DNA of 64,000 nt from an uncultured Vicinamibacteraceae bacterium (lineage in GTDB: Bacteria > Acidobacteriota > Vicinamibacteria > Vicinamibacterales > UBA8438). Below the pieces are notes generated by a model. That model was not told the DNA's origin, made no database searches, and worked only from the letters and a program-made list of their open reading frames with translations. Both the position numbers and the translations under genes were made by a program. Shown here in pieces: positions 60,420-64,000 of this stretch (position 1 is its first letter; every line of letters starts with the position of its first letter). Where the stretch lies: contig CAZYFH010000011.1 in assembly GCA_964646815.1 (NCBI GenBank), forward strand, positions 3,428-67,427, read 5' to 3'.

Positions 60420-63400
60420 ATGTTCAACAAGCCGCTGCTGACGGGAAGCCGGGATGAGATCCTCCGCGCGATTCGGCATGTGCGGAATCGATGGCGCCTC
60501 CGGGTGGCGTTGCGCGGCGTGGCGGTGCTGGTCGCCGCCGCCCTCGGCACGTTGCTGATCTCTTCCTACGGCCTGGAGCTCTTCAGGTTCAGCTCGGAAG
60601 CGATCATCGCGTTTCGGATCTTGACCCTGTTGGCGCTCCTGGGTCTGGGTTGGTGGTTCTTCGTGCGACCCATCTCTCAGCGGGTGTCCGATGAGCGCGT
60701 CGCGCTCTATCTCGAAGAGCACGAGCCGTCGCTGCAGGCCGCTGTGTTGAGCGCGGTCGAGGAGAGCAAGAAGGGCGCGCGCGAGGCGACACCAGACCAT
60801 TCGCCCGAGATGGTGCGCGAACTCATCGATTCGGCTGTCGCGAAGATCCGGGACATCGACATGGGGCGGGGTGTTGAGCAGCGGCAGCTCAAGACCTCGT
60901 CGAGCCTGCTGGTGGCCGCCGGTCTCGCAGCGGTGCTCCTGATCGTGTTCGGGCCGGCGTATCTGCGGCACGGAGTCTCGGCGCTGCTCTCGATGGGGAG
61001 CGTCACGGCGGCCAGCCCGTATCAGATCGAGGTGCTGCCCGGTGATGCGACGGTGGCCAAGGGCTCGGACCAGACCGTCACTGCGCGCTTGCTTGGCTTC
61101 GAGTCGGATGAAGTCGACCTTCTCATGCGTGCCGGTGCCGACGGCGCGTTCGAGCGCTTGCCGTTGCTGCCCATCGAGAACGAACAGGGTGAGTTGGAAG
61201 CGGGGATGTTTGAGGTGCTGCTGTTCGATCTCCAGCAGCCAACCGACTACTTCGTCGAGTCGGTCGGGGTCGAATCGCCGACCTTCACGCTCGACGTGAT
61301 CGACCTGCCCTACGTCGAGCGGCTTGAGCTCGAATACCACTTCCCGGCGTACACCGGCCTGGAGCCGCGGCTCATCGAAGACGGCGGCGACATTGCCGTT
61401 CTGGGCGGCACCGAGGTTCACTTGCGCGCCATACCGACGATGGGGACCGCCGGCGGTGAGCTGGTGTTCGACGAAGAGAATCGGGCCACCCTCGTCGTGG
61501 ATACGGAGGGGGCGCTCGCGGCCACCTTCACTGTGGAGCAGGAAGGCTTCTACCGAGTCGACCTGCAGGCGCCCGACGGGAAGCTCATCACGGCGTCACC
61601 GCAGTACACGATCGACGTCTTGACGGACCAGCCGCCCTCGGTGATGTTCGTCCGACCGGGGCGCGATACCACGGCCAGTGCCATCGAGGAGATGTTCGTC
61701 GAAGCGCGCGCCGACGACGATTTCGGGCTCCGCAACCTTGACCTCGTCTACTCGGTCAACGGCGGCCCCGAGCAATCGGTTGGTTTGTACGACGGGAGTG
61801 ACACCACGCTCAAGGAGGTGTCGGCTGGGCACACCTTCTTCCTCGAGGAGCTTGAACTCGAGCCGGGAGACTTTCTCTCCTACTACGCGCGCGCGACCGA
61901 CCGTAACCTTGCGCAGCAGAACGCGGATATCAAGAGCGACCTGTACTTCATTCAGGTTCGCCGCTTCAGCCGAGACTTCCGTGCGCAGCAGTCGCAGGGT
62001 GGGGGCGGTGGTGGGGCGGGCGGCGGAGCCGATCCGCGCGCCCTCTCGGAAGCGCAGCGCGAGATCATCTCCGCCACGTTCAATGTGATCCGCGATCGGG
62101 ACACGTTCACCGGCGACGAACTCCAGGAGAACGTGGTGTTTCTGACCCTGGCGCAGGGCCGGTTGCGCGAGCAGGTCGAGACGCTCCTGCGGCGCATGAA
62201 CAGCCGCGTCATGCCGGCTGATCCGGCGTTCAGGCGCATCACAGAGATCCTGCCCCAGGCGGCCGACGCGATGCGTGCCGCGGAGGCGGAGCTGCAAGGC
62301 CAGGACGCCGACGCAGCGCTCCCACACGAGCAGCGGTCGCTGCAGGCCCTGCAGCGTGCAGAAGAGGCCTACGAAGAAGTAATCGTCACGATGGGTGGCG
62401 GTGGCGGTGGCGGTGGCGGCGGTGGCCGTCAGGCCGCAGAGGATCTCGCCGACCTGTTCGAGCTCGAGCTCGACAAGCTCCGCAACCAGTACGAGACACT
62501 CCAGCGCGGTCAGCAGCAGCAGGCCGACAACACTGTCGACGAGCTAATGGAGCGTCTGCGCGAACTGGCGCGTCGTCAGGAGCGTGAAGCGGAGCGTCAG
62601 CGGCGCCGCGCGCGTGGCCAGCAATCGACGCAGGGGGGTGGCGCCGGTCAGCGTGCATTGGCCGAGGAAGCGGAGGAAGCTGCCCGTCGGCTCGAGCGGC
62701 TCGCGCGCGAGGAGAACTCGCCGCAGATGATGGACGCTGCCCGACGGCTACAGGAGGCCGCCGATGCGATGCGGCGCGCCGCCGCCAATAGCGATAACCT
62801 CGGCTTCGCCGAGGCGGGGGCCGCGCTCGACCGGCTGCGGGAGGTGCAGGAGCGGCTGCAGGGCGAGCAGACGGGCCGGCTGCAGCGTGACATCCAGGAC
62901 CAGCTGCGTCGGGCCAACCGGCTCGCCGACGAGCAGCGGGAGATGGCGTCAGACGTCAGCGGCTTGCCGGGTATGGCCGATCAGGATCGCATGGAGCAAC
63001 AGCGCCGCCTGATGGAGCGGAAGGACCAGATGGAAGGCGAAGTTGCCGACCTGGAGCGGCAGATCGATTCGACCTCGGCGGAATTCAGGCGTGACGAGCG
63101 CGACGCGTCGCAGCGTCTTCAGGAAGCTGCGGGCAGTATTCGCGACAACAAGCTCAAGGAGAAGATTCGCTACTCGCGGGGCTTGATCCGCAGTCGCCCG
63201 GGCGAAACCGCCAACGCCTTCGAATCGGAGATCGGCAGCGACATCGGCGAGCTCGCTGAGAAGCTCGCCGAGGCCGCGGCGGCCGTTGGCAAATCGGACG
63301 GCGATCGGATGGCCCAGGCGCTCGACCAGACGCGCGACCTCATGCGGAGTCTCGAGTCGCTCGACCATCGCATGTGGCAGGAGGGCCAGGAATCGCAGGA

Positions 63401-63896
63401 CGGCCAGCAGAGCCAGCAAGGTGAACAGGGCCAGCAAGGTCAGCAAGGTCAGCAGGGCCAAGGCGGCCAGCGGGGTGACGGGGACGCCTGGGGCGGGCCG
63501 TTCGGCGGTCGGTACGGGTACGGCGACCGTCGGCCCGGGACGACCGAGTGGGCCCCGGACGACATTCGGCAGTGGCAGCGGGAGTACCGGGAACGCGCGG
63601 GGGAAGCGGACGAGCTGAGGCGCATGCTTGAGCAGGAGGCCTTCGCTGCCGCCGATCTGCGCGACATCATCGAGCGGATGCGGGAGCTCGACAACCTGCG
63701 CAACTACCAGGACCCCGAGGAAATTGCCCGGTTGCAATCGTTCGTTCTCGAAGAGCTGAAGCGATTCGAGTACCGCCTACGACGCGAGATCAGTGAGGAA
63801 AGCGAGGAGCTCTTTCTCGCCGGCAACGAGGAGATGCCCGCCGAGTTCCGCGAGCTGGTTGAAGAGTATTTTCGGGCGCTGTCCGAGGAGCAGTGA
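60420..63896 (+). CDS. DUF4175-like giant membrane-anchored coiled-coil protein
   Basis: 1158 aa with two or three N-terminal TM helices, a beta-rich middle region and a long Arg/Glu/Gln-rich coiled-coil C-terminal half with poly-Gly and Gln/Gly runs. The position after the BatA-like gene matches DUF4175 proteins as I recall them. Confidence 0.7.
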   Translation: MFNKPLLTGSRDEILRAIRHVRNRWRLRVALRGVAVLVAAALGTLLISSYGLELFRFSSEAIIAFRILTLLALLGLGWWFFVRPISQRVSDERVALYLEEHEPSLQAAVLSAVEESKKGAREATPDHSPEMVRELIDSAVAKIRDIDMGRGVEQRQLKTSSSLLVAAGLAAVLLIVFGPAYLRHGVSALLSMGSVTAASPYQIEVLPGDATVAKGSDQTVTARLLGFESDEVDLLMRAGADGAFERLPLLPIENEQGELEAGMFEVLLFDLQQPTDYFVESVGVESPTFTLDVIDLPYVERLELEYHFPAYTGLEPRLIEDGGDIAVLGGTEVHLRAIPTMGTAGGELVFDEENRATLVVDTEGALAATFTVEQEGFYRVDLQAPDGKLITASPQYTIDVLTDQPPSVMFVRPGRDTTASAIEEMFVEARADDDFGLRNLDLVYSVNGGPEQSVGLYDGSDTTLKEVSAGHTFFLEELELEPGDFLSYYARATDRNLAQQNADIKSDLYFIQVRRFSRDFRAQQSQGGGGGGAGGGADPRALSEAQREIISATFNVIRDRDTFTGDELQENVVFLTLAQGRLREQVETLLRRMNSRVMPADPAFRRITEILPQAADAMRAAEAELQGQDADAALPHEQRSLQALQRAEEAYEEVIVTMGGGGGGGGGGGRQAAEDLADLFELELDKLRNQYETLQRGQQQQADNTVDELMERLRELARRQEREAERQRRRARGQQSTQGGGAGQRALAEEAEEAARRLERLAREENSPQMMDAARRLQEAADAMRRAAANSDNLGFAEAGAALDRLREVQERLQGEQTGRLQRDIQDQLRRANRLADEQREMASDVSGLPGMADQDRMEQQRRLMERKDQMEGEVADLERQIDSTSAEFRRDERDASQRLQEAAGSIRDNKLKEKIRYSRGLIRSRPGETANAFESEIGSDIGELAEKLAEAAAAVGKSDGDRMAQALDQTRDLMRSLESLDHRMWQEGQESQDGQQSQQGEQGQQGQQGQQGQGGQRGDGDAWGGPFGGRYGYGDRRPGTTEWAPDDIRQWQREYRERAGEADELRRMLEQEAFAAADLRDIIERMRELDNLRNYQDPEEIARLQSFVLEELKRFEYRLRREISEESEELFLAGNEEMPAEFRELVEEYFRALSEEQ
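62394..62426 (+). repeat. in-frame (GGTGGC)n tract encoding poly-Gly
   Basis: Five GGTGGC units plus one GGC lie inside the DUF4175-like CDS (MGGGGGGGGGGGR). A second G-rich run lies at 61997-62028. Confidence 0.85.
63381..63473 (+). repeat. in-frame CAG/CAA-GGN tract encoding a Gln/Gly-rich run
   Basis: It encodes EGQESQDGQQSQQGEQGQQGQQGQQGQGGQ, with CAGCAAGGT units repeated directly. Confidence 0.8.
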
Positions 63897-63926
63897 CGCG
63901 CGTCGCGGCCGGGCTTCCAGGATTAC

Positions 63927-63946
63927 GGTTCCGGGTTCCCGGTTCG
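63927..63946. repeat. GGTTC-unit element sharing an exact 13-mer with the 56184-56196 element
   Basis: GGTTCCGGGTTCCCGGTTCG lies 31 nt after the DUF4175 stop. The 13-mer GGTTCCCGGTTCG is identical at 63934-63946 and 56184-56196. Confidence 0.7.
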
Positions 63947-64000
63947 ATTTGACGCAATGACCGCGGGTCGCCTCGGTGTGGCCGACGCTGGGCCATTCAT

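Noticed and set aside
62394-63473. Tandem short repeats considered as a possible CRISPR or other array.
   Set aside because: The units are 6-9 nt, have no spacers, and lie in frame within a long CDS, so they are coding low-complexity tracts. No CRISPR-like array is visible anywhere in the window.

Overview
High-GC (about 67%) bacterial chromosomal window, gene-dense on both strands. A decayed ADOP/MacB-type permease fragment hints at Acidobacteriota, but phylum cannot be determined from this window. I found no rRNA, tRNA, CRISPR array or recognisable transposase or integrase. Housekeeping blocks are an aa3-type cytochrome c oxidase cluster (19.6-23.8 kb, minus strand), a complete sufBCDSUT Fe-S assembly operon with an IscR-type palindrome upstream (27.9-33.9 kb), thrB, a P1B heavy-metal ATPase, several secreted peptidases and amidohydrolases, and an AddB/AddA helicase-nuclease pair next to a divergent WYL regulator (37.9-46.7 kb). 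The last 16 kb is a large MoxR / DUF58 / VWA / DUF4175 'Bat-like' envelope cluster containing three DUF4159 paralogs, one of which carries two in-frame stops, and a legumain-fold protein with Ser at the nucleophile position. The strongest single observation is a two-domain thioredoxin-fold oxidoreductase (8954-9589). The ORF track truncates it at an in-frame TGA that falls exactly on the first Cys of the second CxxC motif and is followed by a SECIS-like hairpin, making it a candidate selenoprotein. The window also holds an unusual number of gene remnants, a 14-nt poly-C tract in a divergent promoter, and two families of short dispersed intergenic repeats. Family names come from motif recognition by eye, with no database search, and start codons are often uncertain.
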